Assembly: GCA_038850515.1 (NCBI GenBank)
Contig: JAWCLV010000004.1
Coordinates: forward strand, 299 to 64,298
Source of the DNA: Candidatus Bathyarchaeia archaeon
Lineage (GTDB): Archaea > Thermoproteota > CALKCG01 > B24 > JAGTQN01
Direction of reading: 5' to 3'
Length of the DNA: 64,000 bases
Numbering within the stretch: the stretch's first letter is position 1; every line of letters begins with the position of its first letter. The notes beneath the pieces are model-generated. The model was not told the DNA's origin. It was given only the letters and a program-made list of their open reading frames with translations, and did no database searches. Position numbers and translations under genes: made by a program. Below, piece by piece: positions 27,541-36,043 of the stretch.

Positions 27541-29139
27541 CTAACTAAGGAGGGCCTCCATCTCCAGAGCCTCGGATTCCTCAGGCAAAGGTATGCCTGT
27601 AGCCTTGGAAGCCCTTTCGGTCAAGGCGAAGATATCTCGTCTCGAGACAAGGCTAAGCTTGAACTTTCTTAGCCCTGCCAAGAGCTGTTGAAGCCCTACA
27701 CTCATCTTTTCCATATATCCGTAAAGACCTAGGGCTCCCCAAGGTATTTTATCGGCCTTTTCTCCTAGCCTTGCCTTGATTTCCGGAAGGAAGAAAAATA
27801 GTCTCTCCAAGTCTTTTCCATAATACTCGGTGAAGTGCTTCGGTAGCTTCCCCTCCTTCGCAAGCCGAGCGAAGTATGAGGCCTTCATAACAGAGGTGAG
27901 GGCTGCCCTACCTGTGACGGCCGCCTTAACCAAGGGAACGCCGTCAAAGTTGCTCAAGGCTATAGCCTTAAGGACCTGGGTTTCGTTCACGAAGCCTCCA
28001 GCCATCACTATGTCCGGAACATGCCTTCCCTTCCTCCTTAGGATCTGGGCGCACTTCAAGACCTGGGCTTCCAAGTATACAGTTGGTATTCCCATCTCGT
28101 CCATCATAGGAACTGGACTCATACCAGTTCCGCCCTCACATCCATCGAAGGTTACATAGTCGATGCGGGCCTCCGAAGCTAGTTTAATAGTGTAAGCCGT
28201 AGCCGTTGGCCTGTAAGCACCTGTCTTGAGGCTTACATGTTTAGCACCGTTTTCCCTGAGCTTATCGATGCTCTCAAGGAATTCTTCCTTAGAAGCCATT
28301 CCGACCCGACTGTGCCTCTCGAAGCTTTGGAAGAAGCCGGCCCTATAGGCTGCTTGCACCTCAGGATCGTCAGGATCAGGTATGACAAGGTATCCTCTTC
28401 TTTTGAGCATTATTGCCCTATCCAAGTCCAAAATCCTGACCTCGCCGCCTATGGCCTTCGCACCCTGGCCCCACTTTCGCTCGATAATGTCGACCTCGAG
28501 CTTCGATAGAGCATAAAGATCAACACCAAGCCTTTCGTCCTCGACATTCGTCTGGACGGCTATGGCTCCATGCTTTCCATCCCAGAACTCCCTGTAGGCT
28601 TTCACCCTTTCCTCTAGGTCTGGAGATTTTACAACCCTTCCGCCGCTGAGCTCGGCTTCAGGATCCATGCCACAGACATTTTCTCCTATGGTTGCAATAA
28701 TGCCCGTTAAGGCTGCACCTATGGCTACGCTCCTCCAATGCCTTGCTGCGATGGCTGTGGAGCCAAGGGCCCCCGTTACGATAGGAGCCTTTAGCCTCAC
28801 ACCTCCAACCTCGGTCCCTATGTCTACGTTGGGGAATAGGGCCTTATCCGGGTCAGGCTCTATCCCCTCAGCTCCCCTAACTTCGCAATGGAAGTTGAAA
28901 TGGCTCCAGTCGAGACCATAGTTTTTCATAGCCCCTGCTGTACTAAGGCCAAAGAGGAAAGGAGGAGGGTAGAGGGATTCCCTTCCTCTAAACGCCGATA
29001 GGGAAATCTCGCATACAAAGGGGCATTCCTCGATGCAGAGGGGGCACATGCCGCTTACGGCTGAAGTATCCTTAACCCTAACGGAGGTCCAGTTTGTGGG
29101 CTTCGAATTTAGGTATTTTGAGTCCAACATTTGAGTCAT
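27541..29139 (-). CDS. Glutamate synthase-related FMN-binding domain protein (GltB domain 2 / COG0069-like), stand-alone
   Basis: N-terminal CPLCIEECPFVCE Cys cluster, then a TIM-barrel core with IVTGALGS, DGCEGGTGMSP and IVMAGGF, which are typical of the GltS FMN domain. Confidence 0.75.
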   Translation of the reverse strand: MTQMLDSKYLNSKPTNWTSVRVKDTSAVSGMCPLCIEECPFVCEISLSAFRGRESLYPPPFLFGLSTAGAMKNYGLDWSHFNFHCEVRGAEGIEPDPDKALFPNVDIGTEVGGVRLKAPIVTGALGSTAIAARHWRSVAIGAALTGIIATIGENVCGMDPEAELSGGRVVKSPDLEERVKAYREFWDGKHGAIAVQTNVEDERLGVDLYALSKLEVDIIERKWGQGAKAIGGEVRILDLDRAIMLKRRGYLVIPDPDDPEVQAAYRAGFFQSFERHSRVGMASKEEFLESIDKLRENGAKHVSLKTGAYRPTATAYTIKLASEARIDYVTFDGCEGGTGMSPVPMMDEMGIPTVYLEAQVLKCAQILRRKGRHVPDIVMAGGFVNETQVLKAIALSNFDGVPLVKAAVTGRAALTSVMKASYFARLAKEGKLPKHFTEYYGKDLERLFFFLPEIKARLGEKADKIPWGALGLYGYMEKMSVGLQQLLAGLRKFKLSLVSRRDIFALTERASKATGIPLPEESEALEMEALLS

Positions 29140-29434
29140 TAAAAGCTCAAAAGGAAGCTTATAAGGTTTATGGTAACCGGTAGCCGATTGCCTTATCTGT
29201 ATCTAGAGCTTCGATTTAGTATCCAAATTCATTCCACATCCATAAAATCATGATCCTAGCATAGACTTGATGCAATTATCCTTAGGGCTATAAGGAAGGT
29301 TTCATGCGGATCCTCTTGACTCGAGAACCTTGCCATGATCAGCCTCCTAGAGGAATCGATGAAGAGGGTTAGGGTTACACTTTTTTTGACAAGGCTTCAG
29401 GAAAGTTTTTTATTGTATCGAATTCTTTTCAACC

Positions 29435-30430
29435 ATGAAGGCTATGGTTTCCCCCGCTGAGGAGGGCTATAGAAAGGAGATAGAGATCCTAAGGATTCTG
29501 AGCGAGAATAGAATGCCTATGGGCTCCACTATTCTTCAGAGGGAGCTTACGAAGAAAGGCTTCCTCGTGAACGATCGAACCGTACGCTACCATCTCCAGC
29601 TCTTGGCTGAGAGGGGCCTCATTAGGAATGTTGGGCGTCATGGAAGGATCATAACTGATAAGGGATTAGAGGAGCTCCACAACGCCCTTGCCTTCGAGAA
29701 GGTCAACTTCGTCATCACGCGGTATCTATCCCTAGCTTATAGAGTAAGCTACAATCCCCAAAACCGCAAGGGACTTCTTGTGGCGAACGTTTCCATCGTC
29801 GAAAAGGACTCCTTGGAAAAGGTCCTAGAGATAGTTAGAAGGCTAAGGAGGGAGGAAATTCTCCCAGCTCCATACGTGAAGATCCTTTATGAGGATGAAG
29901 AATATCAAAACGTTTACGTACCTAAAGGAAAGATCGGCATCTTTACGGTCTGTAACCTTACGATCGATGGAATCCTTATGCATGCGGGCATTCCTCTAAT
30001 CCTAAGGTACGGTGGGCTTGTTCAGTTCGTGAACAGGAAGCCCTCTAGGTTTACGGAGCTTGTGGCTTACGAAGGTACGACGATTCCCCCTCCTGAGATC
30101 TTCGTATATAGACGCCTGACCTCCGTCATGCGCTTCCTCGAAACGGGCTCTGGAATGCTACCGGCTAATCTAAGGGAGATACCCAACGAAGCTAGGGAAG
30201 CGGCGGAATCGATCCTGAGAGAGCTTAGGAACGATGGATGGGGAGGCCTCGTCGCCATAGGGAAACCGAATGAGCCTGTTCTAGGAGTCCCAGTTTCCAT
30301 GGATAGATGCGGGATATCGATGATAGCCGGAATCATACCCTTGGCTGCTTTGATGGAAATGAACATTCCTGCTGAAACCTTTGCTCCCCATTGCCTCTTG
30401 CCCATCGAGGAAATGGAAAGAATCGATTAA
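29435..30430 (+). CDS. nrpR: NrpR-type nitrogen regulatory repressor (winged helix plus one DUF128/NRD domain)
   Basis: EIEILRILSENRMPMGSTILQRELTKKGFLVNDRTVRYHLQLLAERGLIRNVGRHGRIITDKGLEEL is the characteristic NrpR N-terminus. At 331 aa it is the single-NRD type. Confidence 0.8.
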   Translation: MKAMVSPAEEGYRKEIEILRILSENRMPMGSTILQRELTKKGFLVNDRTVRYHLQLLAERGLIRNVGRHGRIITDKGLEELHNALAFEKVNFVITRYLSLAYRVSYNPQNRKGLLVANVSIVEKDSLEKVLEIVRRLRREEILPAPYVKILYEDEEYQNVYVPKGKIGIFTVCNLTIDGILMHAGIPLILRYGGLVQFVNRKPSRFTELVAYEGTTIPPPEIFVYRRLTSVMRFLETGSGMLPANLREIPNEAREAAESILRELRNDGWGGLVAIGKPNEPVLGVPVSMDRCGISMIAGIIPLAALMEMNIPAETFAPHCLLPIEEMERID

Positions 30431-30484
30431 CCGAATATTTTTCTGATAAACCTTATAGACAAAGGAAAGGCAGAGGAGGAGGGC

Positions 30485-31480
30485 ATGGAAGGCTTCAGGG
30501 TCGTTTTCAGGGCTCCGAAATTGGTGGATGTGGAGGGCTTCGAAGTGGAGCCCCCTAAGTCTGGAAGGCTCCTCGTAAGGACCGTCTTTAGCCTCATCAG
30601 CCCTGGAACAGAAACCGCCTTCTTAATGGCTTTGGAGAACACTTCCCGAATTTTTCCCCAATATCCTGGTTATAGCAACATAGGAATCGTAGAGGAAGTG
30701 GGAGATGGAATAGGAATAGAGGGGTTTAAACCCGGGGACCTCGTAGCCTCCCCCTCGAATCATGCAAGCCATGTATATCCTAAGGCTGAAGAATGCTTTA
30801 AGGTTCCAGAAACCCTATCGCCAAAGGAAGCCTCCTTCTTTAATCTAGGCATGATAGCCCTTCAAGGAGTCCGAAAATCGAAGATCGAGCTCGGAGAGCC
30901 TGCCGTGGTTTTGGGCTTAGGGCTTATAGGCCAGATGGCTTCCCAGCTCCTCAGATTGGATGGAGCCTTGCCCGTTATAGCCATAGATACCCTAGATAAT
31001 AGGCTTATGATGGCTAAGAGGCTTGGCGCCGACTACATCCTAAATCCGTCTAAAATGGATGCAGAAGAGGAGGTTAAGAGGCTTACAGATGGGAAGGGAG
31101 CTAGGGTTGTGATCGATGCTACAGGGTATCCAGATGCCATAGGATTGGCATTCAAGCTTGCATCCATGAGGGGAAGGGTTGTTCTTCTAGGAAGCACAAG
31201 GGGGCTAAGTACCGTTAACTTCTACAGGGACGTCCATAGGAAGGGTCTTTTTGTCATAGGCGCCCATAATTCCATAAGACCTTCCTACGAGTCTTCTGAG
31301 GGCTACTGGACCCGATTAGACGACGGAAAGACGATTTTCAAGCTTATGGCTAAAGGTATGCTAAGGTGCGGGGAGCTTATATCAAGAGTTGTAAAGGCTA
31401 CGGAGGCGGCTGAGGCTTATAGGTTATTGATAGAAGAGAAGGATAAAGTCCTAGGGGTTCTGCTTGACTGGAACCTATAA
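30485..31480 (+). CDS. Medium-chain dehydrogenase/reductase (zinc-type alcohol dehydrogenase family)
   Basis: SLISPGTE, GYSNIGIVEEVG, and the Rossmann motif VVLGLGLIGQ. Confidence 0.7.
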   Translation: MEGFRVVFRAPKLVDVEGFEVEPPKSGRLLVRTVFSLISPGTETAFLMALENTSRIFPQYPGYSNIGIVEEVGDGIGIEGFKPGDLVASPSNHASHVYPKAEECFKVPETLSPKEASFFNLGMIALQGVRKSKIELGEPAVVLGLGLIGQMASQLLRLDGALPVIAIDTLDNRLMMAKRLGADYILNPSKMDAEEEVKRLTDGKGARVVIDATGYPDAIGLAFKLASMRGRVVLLGSTRGLSTVNFYRDVHRKGLFVIGAHNSIRPSYESSEGYWTRLDDGKTIFKLMAKGMLRCGELISRVVKATEAAEAYRLLIEEKDKVLGVLLDWNL

Positions 31481-31505
31481 AATTAGGGAATAGAAGGAAG
31501 GAAAA

Positions 31506-31535
31506 GGCAAGGCAAGGGAAGGCAAGGCAAGGGAA
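31506..31535. repeat. Perfect 15-nt tandem duplication in a purine-rich spacer
   Basis: ggcaaggcaagggaa occurs twice back to back, and is followed by ggcc. Confidence 0.85.
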
Positions 31536-31707
31536 GGCCAGAAAGGAGGAGATTCGGAAGATCTATACCCTTTGAAAGCTTGTGAGACCTTTAAGCATAC
31601 ACTCTTCCTTATGAAACACTAATTCCTTGCCAAGGGCCTAGTCTCTATCAAAATGTTTCAAAGTCAATAGGCCGTCTATCCCTTTTCCTCCCTTCTTCTC
31701 TTCTAAC

Positions 31708-32952
31708 CTACCTTCCGAGCCTTCCTAGGAGTTGGTATGGGACTGTGTGGATTCTTATCGCCCCTGTGGCGTCCCTCTGATCGAAGCCCGCTCGCTTCAC
31801 GGACCTCATCTCAGGGGAGAAGAGGGAACTCTTGGATTGGCGCTCCACTATCTCTATATTTCCTTTGTAGAGTTTCACCCTATATGTGCCATTCACATGG
31901 ACCTGGGTTGAGTCGATGAAGGCATCCAGATCCTTCCTGAGGGGATGGACCCACATACCATGATAGACGATCTCAGCCCAAAGCTTGTCGATGTATCTCT
32001 TCAGCTGGAGCTGCTCCTTCGTAAGGGTGAGTTGCTCAAGGTCCCCATGAACCTTTAGGAGGATCGTGGCTGCAGGGGCTTCATAGAGCTCCCGGGACTT
32101 CAGCCCCATCATACCATCTTCAAGGATGTCTATGCGGCCAACTCCATTCTCTCCACCAACCTTATTGAGGTAGAGGATCATCTCAACGGGATCCTCGATG
32201 CCATCGACGCAAATGGGAACGCCTCCCTCAAAGGTGATATTCAGCTCCCTAGGCTTGTCTGGCGCCTCTTCGGGGGAAACGGTCCAGAGATAATCCTCAG
32301 GATATTGGGATACAAGGTCCTCGACCTGTCCGCTTCCCATGCTATGGCTCCACATGTTAATGTCCCCACCAAGCTTCCCCCTTCGCCTTTTTGGAGTTAT
32401 CCCATAATTCTTCAGGATCTCCTCCTCCTCGGCCCGCATGAGATTGAATTCCCTGATAGGGGCTATATTCCTTATATCGGGAGCCAAGTAGCTGACAGTC
32501 GTCTCGATTCGGAACTGGTCGTTTCCCTTGCCTGTGCATCCGTGGGCGATGGCCGTCGCTCCAACTTTCCTGGCAACCTCTACACACTTAGTAGCTATGA
32601 GGACCCTAGTCATCGATGTGCCAACGGGATAGCCCTGGTAGCTCCCATTCGCCTTTATGCACCGGAAGATCCATTCTCTGACAAACTCATCCTTGGCATC
32701 GATGAAGACGGGCTCTATGCCAAGGATCTTCGCCCTTTCAAAGGCTATCTGAATTTCCTCTTCGCCCTGACCTACGTCTACAAGGACAGGAACGATCTTG
32801 TCGAACCCGTACTTCTCGCGAAGAAAGATGAGAACGAGGGTAGAATCGAGGCCTCCGGAGAAGGCTGAAACGGCCGTTTTTACGTCAGATTTGGCTTGGG
32901 AGCTGGGGTCTCCCATACAGACAACACCTATTTTTGCGAGAAATTTAAGCAT
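31708..32952 (-). CDS. Divergent argininosuccinate synthase-like N-type ATP pyrophosphatase (ArgG paralog)
   Basis: SAFSGGLDST P-loop, HGCTGKGNDQFR and LKSRELYEAPA are retained. Canonical substrate-pocket motifs are altered (see findings). The true start may be the Met at 32916. Confidence 0.8.
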   Translation of the reverse strand: MLKFLAKIGVVCMGDPSSQAKSDVKTAVSAFSGGLDSTLVLIFLREKYGFDKIVPVLVDVGQGEEEIQIAFERAKILGIEPVFIDAKDEFVREWIFRCIKANGSYQGYPVGTSMTRVLIATKCVEVARKVGATAIAHGCTGKGNDQFRIETTVSYLAPDIRNIAPIREFNLMRAEEEEILKNYGITPKRRRGKLGGDINMWSHSMGSGQVEDLVSQYPEDYLWTVSPEEAPDKPRELNITFEGGVPICVDGIEDPVEMILYLNKVGGENGVGRIDILEDGMMGLKSRELYEAPAATILLKVHGDLEQLTLTKEQLQLKRYIDKLWAEIVYHGMWVHPLRKDLDAFIDSTQVHVNGTYRVKLYKGNIEIVERQSKSSLFSPEMRSVKRAGFDQRDATGAIRIHTVPYQLLGRLGR

Positions 32953-33152
32953 CTTCTTTATAAACTTTTCAAAAAAGATCTTATAGCCTTTACAGTCCTG
33001 AAGAGATGGATAAAGAGTATAAACGATGAAAAATAAGGATAAGGATTAATTCTCGATGAACCTTCCCCTAAAGCCCTTGGACTAGGCTCCTAGGAGCCTT
33101 CCGAAGCCAAGTAACGTCGATACAGTACAGTAGCATAACATAGTATACTGCT

Positions 33153-33174
33153 GATTGGAGGATTGGAAGATTGG
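33153..33174. promoter_or_regulatory. Tandem octamer (GATTGGAR) x2.75 in the divergent argG-like/argH spacer
   Basis: gattggag gattggaa gattgg lies 65-85 nt upstream of argH ATG 33239. Confidence 0.35.
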
Positions 33175-33238
33175 CGATAAACCCTTTATTCTTAGGATGG
33201 CTTTTCCAGTTGGAATTCCTAAGGATGGTTGAAAGACT

Positions 33239-34813
33239 ATGGGCGATATCCTTCGTCGGGGACGCTTAGGATCTGCAAGGGTTCCGGAAGTTGCCGATTA
33301 CACATCCTCCATAAGGGAGGATGCGAGGATCTTCAAGGCAGACCTTCAGGTCGATATGGCCCATGTCGTTATGCTCGTCGAGACAGGCATCCTATCTCTG
33401 CAAGACGGTGCTAGAATCCTGAAGGCCCTTATGGATATAGAAGCCCAAGGATACGAGGGCTTAAGGGGCACGCCGGATCTGGAGGATATTCATATCGTCA
33501 TCGAGACGAGGCTCATAGAAAGCCTTACCGAGACCATCGGAGGGAGAATTCATACAGCTAGGTCTAGGAATGATGAGGTTGCCACATGCATCCGATGGAC
33601 CCTTAGAAAGGAGCTACTGGAGCTCATGGAACTTCTTAGGGATCTGGAGGCAACCCTTCTGAGGAGGGCTGAAGAGAATGTCGAAACCGTAATGCCCGGC
33701 TTCACCCATACGCAACATGCCCAACCCGTAACGATGGCCCATCACCTTATAGCCCACTTCGATGCTCTAGAGAGGGATCTGGAAAGGCTTATGGAAGCCT
33801 ATGCCCGCGTTAATAGGTCTCCTTTGGGGGCTGGAGCCCTGGCGGGAACCGGCTTCCCCATCGATAGGCTTAGAACATGCGAACTCTTGGGCTTTGATGG
33901 TTTGGTAGAGAATTCCATGGATGCCGTCGCCGCCAGGGATTTTGCCCTCGAGGTTCTTTCCGATCTCTCGATTCTTATGTGCAACGTTAGCCGCATAGCC
34001 GAGGAGTTGGTCCTCTGGAGCACATCGGAATTCTCCTTCGCTGAGCTTGACAACGCCTATGCATCGACGAGTAGCATCATGCCCCAGAAGAAGAATCCTG
34101 ATACGATGGAGATCATGAGGGCAAAGGCTGGAAGGGTCTACGGCAACCTTTTGGCAGCCCTCGTCATGCTAAAGGCTCTTCCCCTCACCTATAATAGGGA
34201 TTACCAAGAACTGACACCAAGGCTTTGGGATACCCTCGATGCGACAAAGTCCACCCTTCGAATCCTTAGGGGAGCCCTAGAAACTATAGAGTTTAAGGCT
34301 GATAGGATGCTGGCCAAGGCTGGCGAGGGCTTCTCGACGGCCACAGAACTTGCCGATACGATTATGAGGGAAACTGGTCTTCCTTTCCGTACGTGCCATA
34401 TGATAGTTGCGGCCCTTGTTTCAAGGGCTATTGAGGAAGGACGAAGCCTTGAGGAGATCGATAGTGCCTTCTTGGATGAAGTAAGTTTCAAAATCCTAGG
34501 AAGAGGGCTTGGTATCGGAAATGAAAAGATTAGATGCGCCCTCGACCCTAGGGGCTTCGTTGAATCCCGAAGATCCATAGGAAGCCCGAGGCCAGAGGAA
34601 GTAAGGCGAATGCTGGTCGAAAGGAGAAGGCTTTTGGAAGTATGGAAGGAAAACCTGCAAAAAAAGAGGGATAGCCTTGCCGAAGCTGAAAGGCTCCTCA
34701 AGGAGGCTGTCGAGGCGATAATGGCTAAGGCTATGACTAAGGCTACGGCTGAGGCTACGAATAAGGCTGAGGCTATGGCTAGGGATAGGGATAGGGCATC
34801 TAATAGTCCCTAA
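33239..34813 (+). CDS. argH: Argininosuccinate lyase with a low-complexity C-terminal tail
   Basis: ARSRNDEVAT, GFTHTQHAQP, and the fumarate-lyase signature SSIMPQKKNPD. The tail reads ..AKAMTKATAEATNKAEAMARDRDRASNSP. Confidence 0.9.
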   Translation: MGDILRRGRLGSARVPEVADYTSSIREDARIFKADLQVDMAHVVMLVETGILSLQDGARILKALMDIEAQGYEGLRGTPDLEDIHIVIETRLIESLTETIGGRIHTARSRNDEVATCIRWTLRKELLELMELLRDLEATLLRRAEENVETVMPGFTHTQHAQPVTMAHHLIAHFDALERDLERLMEAYARVNRSPLGAGALAGTGFPIDRLRTCELLGFDGLVENSMDAVAARDFALEVLSDLSILMCNVSRIAEELVLWSTSEFSFAELDNAYASTSSIMPQKKNPDTMEIMRAKAGRVYGNLLAALVMLKALPLTYNRDYQELTPRLWDTLDATKSTLRILRGALETIEFKADRMLAKAGEGFSTATELADTIMRETGLPFRTCHMIVAALVSRAIEEGRSLEEIDSAFLDEVSFKILGRGLGIGNEKIRCALDPRGFVESRRSIGSPRPEEVRRMLVERRRLLEVWKENLQKKRDSLAEAERLLKEAVEAIMAKAMTKATAEATNKAEAMARDRDRASNSP

Positions 34814-34826
34814 AAGCCCTGAGTTC

Positions 34827-35951
34827 CTAAAAAGAGGAGAAAAGATTCTCCAAGGTTTTTCGATAAACCTGAATGCTCGTAAGGAATTCCCTTAGGCTTA
34901 TGCACTCCCTGGGCGTATGCCCTAGCCTCGATTCCCCAGGACCGTAGGTTACGCAGGGTATTCCAAGCTCCATACCGAAGAGATTCATATCCCCCGTCCC
35001 TGTCTTCCTAAGAAGCTTCGGCTTCGTCCCAAGGATAGCATAAATGGCTTTGGAAAGGGCTTGGACAAGGGAAGAATCCTCAGGAACTTCGAAGGCCTCC
35101 GATGATTCCTCGAGGTCCCTCCCAACCCTTACCTTAGGATTTTCCCTTCTAAATGCCTCCACAACCTCATCTACAACCTTGAGGGCTTCTCCGACCCTGA
35201 CAGAGGGGGGTAGTCTCACATCGAGGGTTGCCTCGCAATTTCCAGGCACGACATTCGGAGCCTCCCCTCCCCTAATGCCCGTTATACAAACGCTTATGGA
35301 TTCATACCTATTGCCAATGGATGAAGCCTTAAGGGCTTCAAGGCTTCCCCTAAGCCTCATGTAGATGCTGTAAGCCCCTTCGATGGCATTCTCAAAGGCC
35401 CAGGGCGAGGCCGCATGACCCGAGACCGTTGAACAACGAATTTTCAGCTGGAGCCTTCCCTTATAGCCTATGGTTATGTTTCCAAGGCCGCTGGGCTCAC
35501 CAAAGATGGCATAATCGGCCTGAAGGCGTTCCTTTACCAGATGCTTGACTCCGAGACTTGCCCCTTCCTCATCAACGACGCCTATTGTAAGGATGGTACC
35601 TCGCCCCTCGTAAGGATCTATGGATGCGCCGGCCGCGATCATGGCAGCTAGGGATGCCTTGGCATCCACTGCACCCCTTCCCCATAGATAGTCGTCCTCA
35701 AGCCTTATCGGAAGGGGTCCAGGAACCGTATCCATGTGGCTACAAAGGACTATGATGGGGCGACCATTGCCCCTCTTTCCTCTGACGTTTCCTACGGCAT
35801 CAAGGGATACCTCATAGCCGAGGTTTCCCATCGCTTCGGCTAGGTAGGAGGCCAAGGGCTTCTCCTGGCCGGAGGGGCTATAGATCTTAAGCATATTCAT
35901 GAGAAGATCGATCCATCGGTCCTCTCCCCTCGAATCCGTATGGGATCCCAA
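34827..35951 (-). CDS. lysK: M20-family deacylase, [LysW]-lysine/ornithine hydrolase or acetylornithine deacetylase type (LysK/ArgE)
   Basis: LKIYSPSGQEKPLASYL, VLCSHMDTVPG, GRGAVDAKAS, VVDEEG. TTG start at 35951, or Met at 35900. Confidence 0.75.
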   Translation of the reverse strand: MGSHTDSRGEDRWIDLLMNMLKIYSPSGQEKPLASYLAEAMGNLGYEVSLDAVGNVRGKRGNGRPIIVLCSHMDTVPGPLPIRLEDDYLWGRGAVDAKASLAAMIAAGASIDPYEGRGTILTIGVVDEEGASLGVKHLVKERLQADYAIFGEPSGLGNITIGYKGRLQLKIRCSTVSGHAASPWAFENAIEGAYSIYMRLRGSLEALKASSIGNRYESISVCITGIRGGEAPNVVPGNCEATLDVRLPPSVRVGEALKVVDEVVEAFRRENPKVRVGRDLEESSEAFEVPEDSSLVQALSKAIYAILGTKPKLLRKTGTGDMNLFGMELGIPCVTYGPGESRLGHTPRECISLREFLTSIQVYRKTLENLFSSF

Positions 35952-36043
35952 ATCTAATTACCATCTCTAATTAACTAAATTAAATAGCCTAGCTAGTCTT
36001 TGCGCATTTCAAAAAATATAGCCCTTTTAAGCCTTTCTCAAGG

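Noticed and set aside
29140-29434. A search for the published NrpR operator GGAA-N6-TTCC in the nrpR / gltB-like divergent spacer.
   Set aside because: Reading the spacer by eye on both strands, I found no exact GGAA-N6-TTCC. Only the short palindrome cttataag and repeated catgatc words are present. NrpR control of the operon therefore remains inference.
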